From assembly GCA_040954595.2 (NCBI GenBank), contig CM082586.2, positions 3,392,349 through 3,456,348 on the forward strand: a stretch of DNA of 64,000 nucleotides, read 5' to 3'. A model generated the notes under the pieces. The model saw nothing but the letters and a program-made list of their open reading frames with translations, searched no databases and had not been told where the DNA came from. The translations under genes were made by a program, and so were the position numbers. Below are positions 12,491 to 27,400 of the stretch, one piece after another. This DNA comes from Balanoglossus misakiensis (lineage: Eukaryota; Animalia; Hemichordata). Numbering within the stretch: position 1 is the first letter of the stretch; each line of letters begins with the position of its first letter.

Positions 12491-15400
12491 CTGTAAAAAA
12501 GAACATGTACACAGAACTTTATTAAAAACAGATTTTCCAAACTCATACAAGACCCAGCGATATATAATACGAGTTTTGCTTCATATGAAACTCTCTGGCA
12601 GAACACGCCACGTGTAACACCTTACCCATACATCACCATAGTATGGCTTATTAGCCCAGTTATTTTAAATGGTGAAGTACGTTGGACATGTCTACACATA
12701 CATGTAGATGTGGGTTAAATATGCAGCTCAGCCGACTTAACTTTAATTACATTGTCAAACTAAATTGTTTTTGGTTATATATGCCTACTGGATGAGTAGA
12801 ACAATGTATTTGATGACTTATCATGTAAAAATGGTAATAATGACCCCAGACAACATTGAAAAGATTACCGTCCACGTCTTTTGGTGAACTGCTGATGATT
12901 AATAATGGGAATGGAGTGAAATCAAAATGATCAAGTCAACTTTGTTGCAAGATGAAGCTATAATGAAACTTAAGTGCAAAGGGTGATTTATCTCTGTGCG
13001 TTCCATTAAGGCAATGGATTAAATGAAAAAGGGGCAGAGAAACTACAGATTAAAAGTAGACATACATCTTGATTATGGGTACAGTGCACAGCTATTAATG
13101 GGCAAATTCCCGTCTTGGCAGCTGAAAAAGGTTTTCATGTCATTTCCTCTTTAGAGGCATTTCATGGTTTGGAATGGAACAATGAACCTTTGTGGGACCA
13201 GATGCTAACTACACTCATAATAGGCTGGGTCAATCTCTTGATTTATGCTGCTTTTATTCAAAGTCTCTCACATAGAGTTTGAAAATTGGGACTACAAAAG
13301 TTCATGTGTATGTCCCATATATCATGTATCCCTGTTAAAGGGACAGTGGCTGTTGCAGTACTCAGTGTTTACAAAAGGACCTACACAATGTACACTTGGA
13401 GCTGAAAATACTTGGTAGACATTGCTTAAAAGAGACAAGGAAATTAGAACAAAACAAGCCAGGGCAATGCCTTCTTTTAATTACATACCAGACCACTCGG
13501 CATAATTGCATAATGCAAATTCTTGCTCCCAACTGACATCCTCAAAATTTCATGAAATCCATTAATACTGGTAGCCTTTAATGTCAATGAATATGAAGTA
13601 CATGAGCTCCGATAAATTTTGTGTCTCATCTCTGTAAGCAATTATGCAAACTTGGAGATTAAAAGAAAATAATGCGCTTTGTCTGTGATTGCTATACACC
13701 AGATTCAATCCTCTCAATGAAATAAATTATATTAAAAAGTTACTTTCAAAGGACAGAAAAAATCCTAGGGTAACCTTTATGTGTTGCATCATATAATGAC
13801 CTAAGATGATATATACCGGTATGTACATGTGTTTCATATCATGGTAGATTTGACTTCAGACTACATTTATACATCTTACAAAGTGCCATGATTGATGAGA
13901 CTAATGTCAAAAAATTTATATCACAGCAAATTCGCATTCATGAGAAGTTCTGCTAATCATCGATATTTAATTTGGGAAAAGTCACCCATGCTTTTAGAAT
14001 GTCACTCCACTTATGAATGTAAAAAATTGACTATCTAAAAGAAGTACCAGTAATTGCATGTTGTTATCACCTGACGTCTTATCAAGAGATTGGACGCCTA
14101 CAGGGCTCTCATTTACTATTATATAGAAAGTGTATCAATCATGGATTTAGGGTGAAGGACATCTCCAACATGTCTACATGTAGATTCAGCTGCATGTGAC
14201 CTTGACATTGAGTATTGTAAATCAAGTGAAAATGGCGGTGGTTTAAACATGTTTATAGCGCTTCCACCGCAGGACACTTATAGTAATTCTGAACATTTTA
14301 TCTTGTAGGATTATTAGCACAAGGAGAAATGATCTTGGCAGCATATTCCCTATTTTTTAAACTGTAAATTCTCAGATTTGCAAGTAAACAAATAGGAATG
14401 GTCTTTAATACATGGAAATTTAACTTTTGTTAGTTTGTATATACTGCTATGTAGTCAAAATGGCCGCTCGATCACATTTGATGGATTTACTTAACAGCTA
14501 GTTAACATAGGTGGCGCCCTATAACAATTACTACAGTACAAGTTGAGACTAAATTATATTTCTTGCCATTAAGTGTAGTAGATGTCATTTTTATGTTTGA
14601 TCAGATTAAGCCCAACTTGACTGTGAAAGCAATAAGCCTTTGGACACAGTGTTCGTCCCTTGAATTTGTTGGGAAAAGTTGGAGATGCAATATTGCTAAT
14701 GGAAGAAAATCCAACGAAGTAATTGTACCAATACAGCAAACCATACCTAATTGAAACATATCATGCCCGACCCTTTTATCCATTTGCAGCATGTTACGTG
14801 CATGAGAGTTAACACAGAGAATACTCGCAAATGCCTAATCAACTTCTATATTGGTTGCAACAACGGGAAAGAAACAAAGTTGATAAGATTAGGCAGTGTA
14901 GGGTGTAATTGCCTTTCCCTCCTCGCAATCAGTGCCATGATTAGCATCACTTTGAAGTTCTCTATCCTTGCGTTTTACTGCCTCATATTTCACGCACGAC
15001 TTGGCACAGATGTTGCCGGCATTGCGTCCATTTTTATTGAAGTACGATACAAAACCTTTGCCTCTGCGACATATGGTGTGGTCCAACCCGGGGTAATTCC
15101 TTTATCCATTTAACAACTGGATAGTAGACAAAGTAGTGGGGTTTTTTTCTCTGCCACTGAAACAGACAATATTTCACTCGACTGCGCAACCAGTTACTGG
15201 AGTTTCTTTACCAGATTATTCGCCGCCAAAAATTGATTAATTTTGACCGTCAACCACAAAGCCAATAACTCTTGCAAGATTCCCATGCATCAGCGACAAT
15301 GATTTGTGTGCTGCGTGTGATCTGTTTGTGGTGTCTGAAAAGCAATTGACCCGAAGAAGGGAAAAAAGTCTTCAACATGCCACGGAGCATCAAACATATG

Positions 15401-18400
15401 TCACTGTGATTGTTAGCCAATATTTTGAAATTATTGTGTGATGGAATCTGTGAAGTTTGCAGTTTCCAACTCGTTGCCCTTCATGCGCCCATAAAATTAA
15501 GTTAAAGGCTCAATGACTGTAGCTAATTCAGATATGTAACATATTCACTGAGTGAAGTAATTGAATTTACGACTCTCACGATTAAACCTTTCTGATCTAA
15601 TATGCCTGTCTGTTTTCTTTTGTGAGAATGGAATGTGAAGAGTAATGGTTACCTATGTCACAGTTATCAACTATTCATAGCCTACATGCAGTAACATATC
15701 TTTTCCATTGATCATGAATATGCCTATTCCAGAACAACTTTAACTTGGTCTTGCCATTTTCATCATTACTTTTTCCTCATTAATTTCCATATGGATAGGT
15801 AACAGGAAGATGTGAAGTTGAGCATCAATGTATCAAACCACCAGTGGCAGATTTTCTTTACACTCCACAGAGTACTTCATCAGTTACAGTAAGATAAATG
15901 TAGGCAGTTGTAATCTGAAAACGACAGATGGCCATGCAGTGGTGGACTGTCAAATCTGATTTGACAAGCGTTTAGTGTGTACTTATAATGCCGATACATG
16001 TAAGTGGCTGCATTGACGACTTCAGGTCTGCGCAATCAAATCGCAGTCAACCTTCTTGACAACTAATTTGCAAACCTATTGGAAGAGAACTGTGCCAATT
16101 ATTTTAATTGACATGCTTCGCTGCATGCTGACTCGGAATTGATTGTATATAAACAAAAGGAAATATATAGACCGAACCATGAGTGCATGAAAAATGGCGT
16201 CACAAGCTGTATCCATCATTACTGGAGATATTTATTGGGGCAAAATTATTCTCTGAACAGACATGATTGACAACAGAGTGGTATGTGTTACGTCATGCAA
16301 AATACATTATGATTATACCTTCTCATCTTTCAGACTGCATATACACAACTGCCAAGCGTTAGCCGTGGCAATGAATTCAATTTCTTGACAAGCTGTGGTG
16401 TTTGTCTCTATCAACACCACTCCGGTTCAATCACCATTTTCCCTTGACTTTTCAAACTTGATATTGTGATGTGCCTTTCTTTGATTTAAGAAGGGCAAGG
16501 TCTTTGTCATTAAAACAGTTGAAAGGAAGAGTGACACCTCCATTGAGCGATTGCAGGATCTGGGCAGGACTGATTGTTCAGACAAACAAATGACCGCGAA
16601 TCAAAACTGTCAGTTACAATGTTGAGGCGTGCCAAGTTTAATACGTCCGGCCTTGACTCTCACATCCAATTGTGTGTCAGTTGAATTGGATTTGAGTACT
16701 GATTGGGGGATTATCACCCTTCCTGTTCAGTGCCAAATAGTGCCCATTAACAAGGATATATGATAGTGTTAACATATCTGCATTCTGGATGATTCATGAA
16801 AACCAAAGCTAAACCCTTTGTTTTGAAATCACACTGGCCTTGCAATAAGTCATGAACCTTTAAAGTTACATATATAGGTTGCCCTCACCTAAATGTAAGT
16901 TATATATATTGATGACTAAATGGCATTTTTGCCCCAGGTGACAGCTTAATGTGAGTACCATCTACATCTAATGATGCTGAATGTGAACCCATTTTCTGAG
17001 CATATATATTTCGAAATGCCTAAATTTCTGTGTATATAATCATGGAAAGTTGCCTTGCTACCAATTCTATTTATTCCATGGTTTTGTGTACACTCCGTTG
17101 CTTGGCTTCTGCATGGTTGCTTTCTGTGAAACTACGATGTCAAAAACTGCCATTTCCAGAAGTGATTGCACAGTAATTGCATCAATTTCCCCCCATGATA
17201 GTCAACATTTACAGCCGCCTGGATACCCCAGTACTTTTCCAGAGTTAAAACTAATTTCTCCAGAAACATTCAAAGAGTTTCCAGGAATGTCTACACTCTC
17301 AGACTTTTCCAGGAATATACAAACTCTATTATTAATTTCCATTAAGTTTGTGCTTTATGAAAAAAACACTGCAGGAGGGGATATGTTTAACTCCTCGACA
17401 AAATGAAGGTCGCAATGACCTCTCAGAGGTACTTAATATTCATCCTGAGAACCCCTCATATGATATACGGAAGTTCCTCTAATTGGTACTTTCCCAGTAG
17501 TTATGTTTAAAGTGACACAACGGTGGAAGTTAAGAATTTCTCTTTTGCAAAATCGAGCCGCAATGCTAGATTTGGCATTCTAAAGGGGTTCAATTGGTAT
17601 GCGTGGGATCTCTCCCTGCTCCATTACGCTGAGTACCTGTGTAAAGTGGAATGATGCGTGAGAAAACAAAATGTTTGCTGAATTGAAGGTTACTAATAGC
17701 GCACTGTGTACACGGGCAAATTTACCAAGTATCTATAGGGATTCCAGTATCTTGAGGTGTATTTGTGTAATTCTTCGGTGAGGAGTTGAAAATATCACTG
17801 CCGTATTTGTGAATCACGTCGACAAAATATACATGTGAATTGTCGTACAAATGTCACTGTGTCTTGATTAAATTGGTGCAAGTTAAAATTTGCATTTCTG
17901 TGGTGCTTTGTTGTGCTTCATGCAAAGTTCATAGCATTTTACAGATTTTAATTTTTTTTTATAGAATTCATGGAAAAGTGGTTTCCCTTGCCAAATCTTC
18001 ACAGGTGACTGTATACCTGTGAGCAAGAACTATAAGTGAAGTTCAGAACACACTTCAATCATTTGGGAATGCTCTCCCCAGTGTGTAATCCAGATGAGAT
18101 CTGATGAACAGTACAGTTGCCTATCCCTCTGGAACATGCGAGTGATCATGCAAATGGGGATATGTTCACTTGGGCAGAGCAGAGCCACATGGGATAGGAA
18201 CAATCACAGCAATCTTGCCCAATTAATATGCTGTCTTGGTAACTTCCCTGTTATCAGGGTGGAGACACTCAAGACACTGAAGTTTGTTGACAGAGACGAG
18301 AGGTATGTTGACAGCAATGAAGAGCAATTACAGCCCAGCAAAGACATATAGACTATGCTCTTAACCGTTGCAGTGATTTCAGAAAAAAAACGCTAAGTGG

Positions 18401-21400
18401 AACATCAGAAGGGCTACAATGTAATTTCCTGATATTGTTGTTTCCACGTAATTGAGGCGACGTTGCTTGGAAGAACTTTGAAAGGCAACACTAGACTGAT
18501 ACTGGCAGGTAGTATTGACGTTTTCACTTGAGACAGTTTGTTGAATTTGGACCTTATAAGCCTCCTGTGGATAGCTATCAAATGAAAGCTATCAAGCGAC
18601 CGTTCCAGGAATGACAGTGACGTTTAACTTCAGGTATATGTTTTCTGGAACTTTTGAACAGTTAGTTTCTCCAATATATGACACATTTGATCATGCATAT
18701 ATGTAGCATGTATAACAGTCCAAGATTTTATATCAAGTTGACAACAGAAAGAACCATCACCGTGGTAACAAGAAAGCGTTAAAATAGCTTTATTTTGATT
18801 GGCAGCTTTATAACAAACAGGAGCGTGAATCGCTTGGCAACCCTTGCTGACGATGGAGTCAGGTGAACACTTATGGTAGTAGCTCGCATGAAGGCAGGAA
18901 CAATGTGCGGAGTCAATGCCACAATGAAATTATCATAGTGCAAGGTCTGACGCAGAATTGTAATTATCCTGTATAATACACGACACATTTACATCCATTT
19001 CTCTGTAATTGTTCCTGTCGTGCCTTTGACTCCACAGTGACAGTGTTAATCACATTGTCCCACCGTGACTTGCAACACCTGCCGTCCCAAGGTTGCCACT
19101 TTGCATTCAGCGCGAATGTGTGCACCGTTTTCGGTATGCAGACGTACAAACCAATCAATGGCACTTGCGTTTGGGGCAGGCGTCACACCGCGATCAATAT
19201 TGACAAAGACCCATTAGTTAACTCCTTCAGGTTTTCCCGTTGGAACGTGTGGCTAATTTCTGATGATGTTCAGCCGTCACCACTTTTTTTTCTCCCACTT
19301 TTACACGCAAACAGTTAATGTACCCTGAGATAAGATTTCAAAATGAATTTGATGTAGTTTAGAACTTCCCCATAACAGGTACTTCTCCAAAAATGAATGA
19401 TTAGAATTTTGAATTTCTTGTTCAATTTACTCAAAACTTTGAATATATTTAGAAATCGTTCTGAAACACAACCAATCAAGCAATTTCAGCTGAGCTGCAT
19501 TTAAAACAAAATCTGTCATTGTCACTCGATTCTATTAAGTAATATTGATCCCATATTAAGAGGAAATATCAAATGTCTGTCTACAGGACATAGTCCATCT
19601 ATTATTAACTACACGCTATTGCACTAAAACCCTGCTCAGCGATACTTGGCAATGTCAATATACGATCTACAATGTCGGTAAACTCTCCACTGTACATGTT
19701 TATGGTCATCGCCATCATCATTAAAGTCCCATTTGGCACTAACTGATACAGACATAACATTTATCTTTTGATCGTATCGGAGGAAGCCATGCTCAAAGGG
19801 AACATTACCGCTTGATGAACAAATCCGGAATGCTTTGAAATCTCTTCCATGGGGGAGTAACTGGCATTGCTTTTAAAAGCCCTGTGTGTGCATGCTAAGC
19901 CAATGACCTGGCTGACTTTTCAATTGTCCGGCCTCTTTTACTACTTCTGTGGCCACTAGTTAACTACACAGCGAGAACTTATCCTAAAGTTTTAACAAAT
20001 CCAGCCTTTTAAAGAGGAATGACGAAATCGTATAAAGCAACTTGGGAAAATTTAGCTAAATCCAATTAAATGTAAATTAGCCTTTGAATATAGTCATTAA
20101 AGAGGTAGTTTGTAATGGACACAGCATGATGGCCCTTTCAAAAAGAGAAGGTTTCATGTACTTAACTAATCAATCAATCTACCAATTGAAAGGTGGGGGG
20201 GGGGTCTTTTTGTTCTGGATGCATTTGGGTTAACTTGAACTCGCCACAGATTCAGTGCATTGCAAAAGCACAATTATAAATGTCCAGTTGTTATATGTTA
20301 TACTAATTGCCAATTTGTTAAAATAAATGGTTGCTAAGGAGAGAGGCCCTTAAAAGCTGTTACAGTAGAAAACAACAAAAAGGACGAATTTTGCACATGC
20401 TTGTATACATGTAGCCAACAACACGTCTATTAAATCTATCAATATTGCCTTAAGAGTGGCTATCAGTTGTTTCCAGTTTGAGATTCATGAAATAGAAAGT
20501 GGTACTGACATCCTCAAGTATGATGTCAGTCAAAGAGACTTCAGTGTAGTTCTAAGTTTGATTAGCAGATGATTCAAACTGGAACACTCAAACGAATCAC
20601 AGCATACTACAAATATAATTTCCCATCTCTGCTCTTTGACAAAATGTGCCATTGCCCAAGAAAAAAATAACCAATGATGTATCACCTCTTAAGGTTATAA
20701 TTCTGACTGACAATCTTGTTATCCCTCTTAAACATTTGCTCCATTATCAATATTAACTTTTTGATGCATTCTTTCAATTTTTTGTCGGATGCCAATATAG
20801 TGCACATAAAATATTGTCTATAGTCAGACACACTGGCACCAGAGCAGTCAAATAATATAGAAAAAGAGAGGGGAAAAGTTTTGGAACGATTCCTTGCTGT
20901 GACTTTTTTTTCATTTTAATAGCAATTTCATCAGCGACATAAATTGAAGACATATCTTAATAGATGGGTTTGATGAATCTGATGACAGGATATGAAGAAA
21001 ATTTGTTAAGTCGGTCAGTTCTCTTTGGAAACTGGGTCTATTTTAGGAACAGCTGATGAATGTTTTCAAGGAATACAAACAGACAACTTCAGGATAGATT
21101 ACTAACAGCACCACTGTAACTATTCAGAAAGAGTTTTTTAGAAATTGATCTGTCAGACATGATTACAATATGAATGGGCAAAGCAAACTCACTTTAACGG
21201 GGAAATAAACTCATTGTGGAGCTCTATTAAATTATCAGCAGAATGAACTCTTGAGTTTCATTCAAAGTAGGGCGAAAAATCAACCATAGAAATGGGCTTT
21301 CTTGTGACGTTTTCAGTTCTTTTCATTAAAAAGCAGGTGTTTCATGTAACACATGATTCAGCTTCTTTCATACACGCTGATTATGACGTCAAGCATTTTC

Positions 21401-24400
21401 ACCTGTTGATGAGCTTGTACTGTCAATGATTTTTGGTGCTGAATCAAAAACCAAGGTTCAGGTCGGAAATGAGAAATACAGACAAAATGCGTCACCATAA
21501 TGGCATCAGATGGATAATGTGTGTGTGACTAAATAGAAATGGAAATCGTGATACAGATGTACCTGTAATTTCACTAAACTAACAACAGCGCATATGAACT
21601 TGAAATTCTAATATCCTGTTTCCAGTTTAGTGCAAGGTTACTTTGGTATTACTACGGGAAGATTTCAGGTTTACCATTCCACTTTCCAGATTAGGTTTTC
21701 AAACAGATTATACCAAATGAAATTCGGACATTTCATTCTTATTATGGCCTATTTCCCCCTTTACCTATTTTAATCCAATTAATAAATTACACAGTCATGT
21801 AGATATCTGTACATACATAGGACATGTCAAATATAATGTCAGTTTTCCTCTGGTTTAATCTGCTCGTCTCTGAGAAATTCTCAGCACTTGAATGTGTGTG
21901 CATATATATGTTTTAAAGTAACATGTACTTATCTCAGACAACCCAGGATTCGATATAATATATCCATTTTCAAAGACTTTAAATTTAATAGTGTTTAGCC
22001 AACAGAAATTGGCATTCATCCACCTCAGCTCTGACGTTTCTATTTCTCCTTTTCATATAATTTTCCCTCTGGATCTATTATTTATCATGCTACCATCTTT
22101 CCAAATTTGATGCTTGTGGCCCAATTTTCAAATAACCTGCGTCACTTTTCACCCTGACTTGAACCTTTAGCTTCAGTCGGAAAGCCACACGCTGGTTTCC
22201 ACGACCGCGATTACACACCTTAACATAAAGAGACATAATCGTCCATCGCTGCAATTGCCCAATTGCAAATGAGAAGATTATGATACCATTGGCGAGTTTT
22301 GTGCGAAATGCAGGGATTTTGAAGTCTCATTCAGTACACGGCTTAGAAAAAAAGTCGTATTTGCAAAATTAGACTGATACCGATATTACTATCAGTGCTA
22401 AATGAAATGGAGCGTGGGAGATTGGATCTCTGAATTTGCATTGCATGCTTCATTTAGGGATGGACTCTGCTATTCATCACGCCTGTTTTCAACATTTCTC
22501 AGGGCTTTCAGTGTGGACATGAAAAGCCCATTATATTCTAACTCCTGCGCGAGGCATTGGTCTGTTTGTAGCAGCGTTTCGCTCTCTGTGCCTTTTGTAA
22601 AATGTCCGGCGTATACGCACGGATGGTGGCATTATGCCTCTAAACCCAGATAACGTCAGTGTAATCTCCAAGGAAGCATAATGTCATCGTTCATAGACTT
22701 TAACCAGTAACTTGAATCACAAGTAATAGCCTGACATTTTCGTATTGATAGTGCACGCACAAGGTATCTGGTTTGGCCTGCACGTGTACTCTACGAAGTT
22801 CAGTATAAGTTGACTGTATTTACTGTATAATGTACTGTACTTGTACACGTACATGTTCATGACCCATAGTTTTAGCATTTTAGTGAATGCAATTTTTATC
22901 TACATTTAACTAGAAGACCAATTGGCACTGCGGCACATTTTCATCATGGATGATATAAATGTATTATATTCAATGTTCGGTCACCTTGGCAATAGTAATC
23001 ATACGTGTCAAGCATTGCAATGATATTTATATGCATTGCCTTGGCAACAGCATTCATGTGTATAGGTATAGATTCGTGAAGTGGGCAGGAGCTGAAAAAC
23101 ACACCCAGATAGAGTGACATATGAAAAAAGTGCTGAAAGTTTAGCCTGCAGGTCAATGTTGAAATATGAGAAAAGTGCATGAGCTACATATAATGGCCCT
23201 TATCTATATCACTGACAGGTTATCTGTAAGAGTGCAAGTGTTGCAAAAGTCAGGGCTGTGAGAAGATCACCTATTATCTGTAGTGTTGACGTCAGTGAAG
23301 CATTTAAATATGGATATAAGCCAGAAACTGGAAAAGACGAGTACCAACCATCGACGGATTGCGGGTTACTTTGAAGGATAATGATGTACCATCTGATTAT
23401 CATTTGGTTTCCTCCGTTACAATTGATCGCTAAAAGCGGAAATATGCAAATTAAAATCTTGTCATATGATCATCATGTTGAAGTCTGTCAGTTAGGGTTT
23501 GTTACTCAGACTTAATTTTCATAAAAACAGGCAACTGCATGGTTTTAGAGTCTTCTATTTTTTAGCTGAATGCCACGATAAGCAATACCTGCCACCTGCC
23601 TGGTCCATCAATCAAGCTCGAACAATTCAGCCATAAACTTGGTAATAAAATCGGCAATATTTGCAGACAAATTTGATGTGCAGACATCAAATTTCCTTTA
23701 ACATTTTTACGGCAGGAATTCGGTTTTCGAGAAAAACAAAAACCACTGCAATCAATCAGGTGAGCTGCCTGTTTATGTGACAAAATATCAAGTGTACGTT
23801 CTTTTGTAGTGTTGACAAGTATGAAAATTACATGCTCTCATTCTAACAGGCGTATTGTGTGGAAAGAAGAGCTTTATTTACAAAATATCTACTGTGGGAT
23901 TCTTTCATGACTGAGCCGCTAATAAGAACATCACACCTCTTCAACACCTCAATACATCTATAAGCAGCACATTGAACTTTTCACAAAACAACTTCACCCA
24001 GCCGTGGCGGTTTCCTTTGCACGTTCATTCTGGAAAAATCAATTTCACTCATGTGCACCAAACAAGAAATGCGCATCAACTACATCTGGAGGTTCCTTGA
24101 TAAATCATTTTGCCTTGTGCAACGTGATGTTTTCGTGGAGCACCGAACCTCTCGAGAGAAAATCCATCAGTCATTTAATTTTGCCCACTTGATAAATATA
24201 CCCTCCATAGACTTGTTTGTCAAGCAAAGCCAGTGCTGATTATCCGGGTGTGGATTTAAAAATCTGACCCCATCATCTCTAATTACTCGTCCCTGCTGAA
24301 TACAAACATGTATCCTCAATAAAATATTGCTTATGATTCATAATCCACTGTAGACACATTCGGACAAGACTTGCTATTCATGATTTGCATGTCATTATCA

Positions 24401-27400
24401 TGTCCGATGACTTATCTTTGCTCCAATTCAACTTAATATGTTTCTGACTTCTTTATGGCCAGCAATCACTTTCCACATCAACAACAAAAAACCGCCTGCA
24501 CTATATTTCTGCAAACATACACATTGTTGTGCCACTAACCGGTTAGTTCTGATCAGAAAGTGGCACAACAATGTTTGTCAAAGTAAGGCTACTATGCTAA
24601 TCATCTGCGTGTTGCAGCAACCACCCACTCCCTATTAAGTTTGTTGTGGACATCTAGACCTTGGAACTTTTTTATTCCTCCTTTCAAGGCCATCTCTGCT
24701 TGTTTTTCTCTATTAATTCATCATTTTAGATTTACACTTTCAATTAATACATTTTTCCAATTCTTTACCATGTGTCACAAATATCCATATTTCATGTTAA
24801 CACATTTGCCATTAGATTTGTTTTCAATTCATTAATATCAATTATTTACAGTGTAATGACCATCTTTCATATTTATCACATTTGCAGATATTAGCAACAT
24901 AAATAATATGATTAACTATACAGTTATTAGCAATAATACTGAATAAATCAATTGTGAATGAACCATTAACACATTCATATATTCGGAGATATAATAGAAG
25001 ACAAAATTTACATAATACAGCCCCATGTTAAATCTACGCTAAAATCCTGCAGTGAAAGGTTGAAACTGGATACATGGGGCCGATTACACATTTACGCTCG
25101 CAAAGGGAAATTGAAAAAGCAAGTCTTCCATGAATTAAACCAAGCCCTCTGCAAGGGCTGATCTTTCATACAAACTTTTCTTGATAAAACCAGTACAAAT
25201 CTATGTGGACCTTGATCATATATTTGCATTTCAATGATTTTTTTTCAGTCTCCTAATGGGTGCTTACATCAAAAGCGATTCCAGGGAAGTATTATGAAAA
25301 TACTGTTCTCTCAATTAAACATTTAGTCATGGATCGAAAGTATTAAATTTCATCCTGCCGTCAATCGATCTCTGAATACAAGATTTTCGTTTTCAATCTG
25401 TTTGTAGATGCTTGTAACCAGTTAGGGGTAATGAGTCCAGCCTTTCTTAAGCACGTTTTAATGGGAAATTCTGAAATGAACACTGTTTTATTTGGTGTAA
25501 TATAATGCTTTCTAAGCATGAGTAAGAGGACTTCAGTTCTATTGAGTGCTTGAGGTTATAGTCAGAACATAAAAATTAGATCGCAGTTTAAGAGGATTGG
25601 GCGAATTATTTTTTAAAGTGCTGATGTAACTCGAGCCTTATATTTTGCATTGCCTACATTTGTATGAGTTGCTAGTTCATTTATGCATTGCATGCAATAC
25701 TGTCCTGAATAGAATTCTGAGCTGTTAGGTAAGCTGATTGGATGGAAAATAACTGCATCCTCATTTGGTCTTGTATTAAGGTGAATAGTGTGTGTTAAAT
25801 GGTAGACTTACACTGATGATTTGCGAAAAAACTGACTGGGCTAATCCGATGGCTTCTAACTTTGTTTCCTGTTTCATTTAACAGTCTACAGTAGAAAAGA
25901 CTGTGAAGGTCAAAAGGTACTTGGCCACGCAGAGTTCAACCCGACCTTGAACAGAACAAGATGTGATCAGAGGCAAGATTCTGTGAATCAGACGTTTATA
26001 ACTAACACACAAAATGTATATGCAAGATACGTTAAGGCACGTTCGACTTCTAATCCCGTTAAAATGAGGACAAAAGCCGAGGTCTTGTGAAAAAACATCA
26101 TGCATTAATTGAATGATGTACGGTATGTATACAGTCACATGTATACATTATACCTTTTGAACAACACTCCTCTGTCTAAATTTTACAAATACTGGATTGA
26201 CGAAGGAACTCAAACGTGCTGGTACGTGTATTTTTTTAGATACAGAATCAAATATAAGAAAGACAGATAAACAATGAAAGTGTTCTCAAGCACCTTTAAA
26301 AGAAAAATGTTTTGTATCAAGTTTTGAGAACATGCATGCGCCATTGTCAATAAAATCCTACTTTTTTCATCTCGACACAATTTCAACAATGACTGATTTA
26401 AGACGTGTTGCATCTTTACAGAAGGGCACTGAGATATTGTCATCTTTTCCATGTTTTTTTGGCTTCATTTCAAGGCCCCTCACTCCAGTGGAAAGGAACA
26501 GTGTGTGTTTACTCTGAATTCTAACTTGTGGCTCGTGACCTACATTCAAGACATCTATTCGTGACGACCAATTTCATTTTCTGTGACTCCAATTTTTTTC
26601 TGTGATTACTTTCCTCTTATTGGTGTTGGGGACTAGATTACCATGCACTGCAACAATTGATCATCTGAACCAATGCTCTTTCAAGTTTCACATTAAAAAT
26701 AACGACTGTGGTTTTCAATGGAAGGCTTTGCATCACTTAATGGATATACTCTGATATTTTCACCTATTTCAATGTGTGCCAGTTGATAGGCCTGTGCATG
26801 GTCAGATAAATTGGCACATTAAACATGAAAAACCCTTTTTTCTGGTCTGTTTGGGGTTTGTATGGATATACTGGTATTTGTTGCTATTTTAAAACTAAGA
26901 TACATCCTATTTCTCGCCCTCAGCCATTTTGCCACCAAGATTACAACATTTGTTTGTGACAAGTGTAACCGAGATGATAAAATATTATTCTTTATCAAAA
27001 TGCCCTGAACTGGAAACAGTTTTCAGTATCCTTTGGCACCTACACACGACACAAGATTTCCTTTTCCTGTGTTATCTGCATGGATACATGCATGCTGGCA
27101 AGATTTCGCAGCAGAGAAGATTAGTTCTTGCTGAGGTGTCGTTATCACGCTATAGTACATTGCATTGTGGGTAGTCAACTCAAACGGAAATGGAACATCC
27201 GGGTGCCATCGCAAGATCTGACGGTTGCAACACTTGTTTCAAACGGTTTAAGAAAACACACACATGGGAAAGAGGAAGTGTGTGATCCTGCTTCTTGCGT
27301 CAAGGAAAAAAAAGATCAAGGGATTTTCGGTGAAAAATTTATGGCGACAGGCGTGCTTGCAGGAATAATACCTCAACAGTGCTGGCAATTAAAAAAATGC

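Noticed and set aside
12078-12617. ORFs of 158, 94 and 83 aa overlapping GPCR exon 2
   Set aside because: They are alternative-frame or antisense shadows of the true exon.
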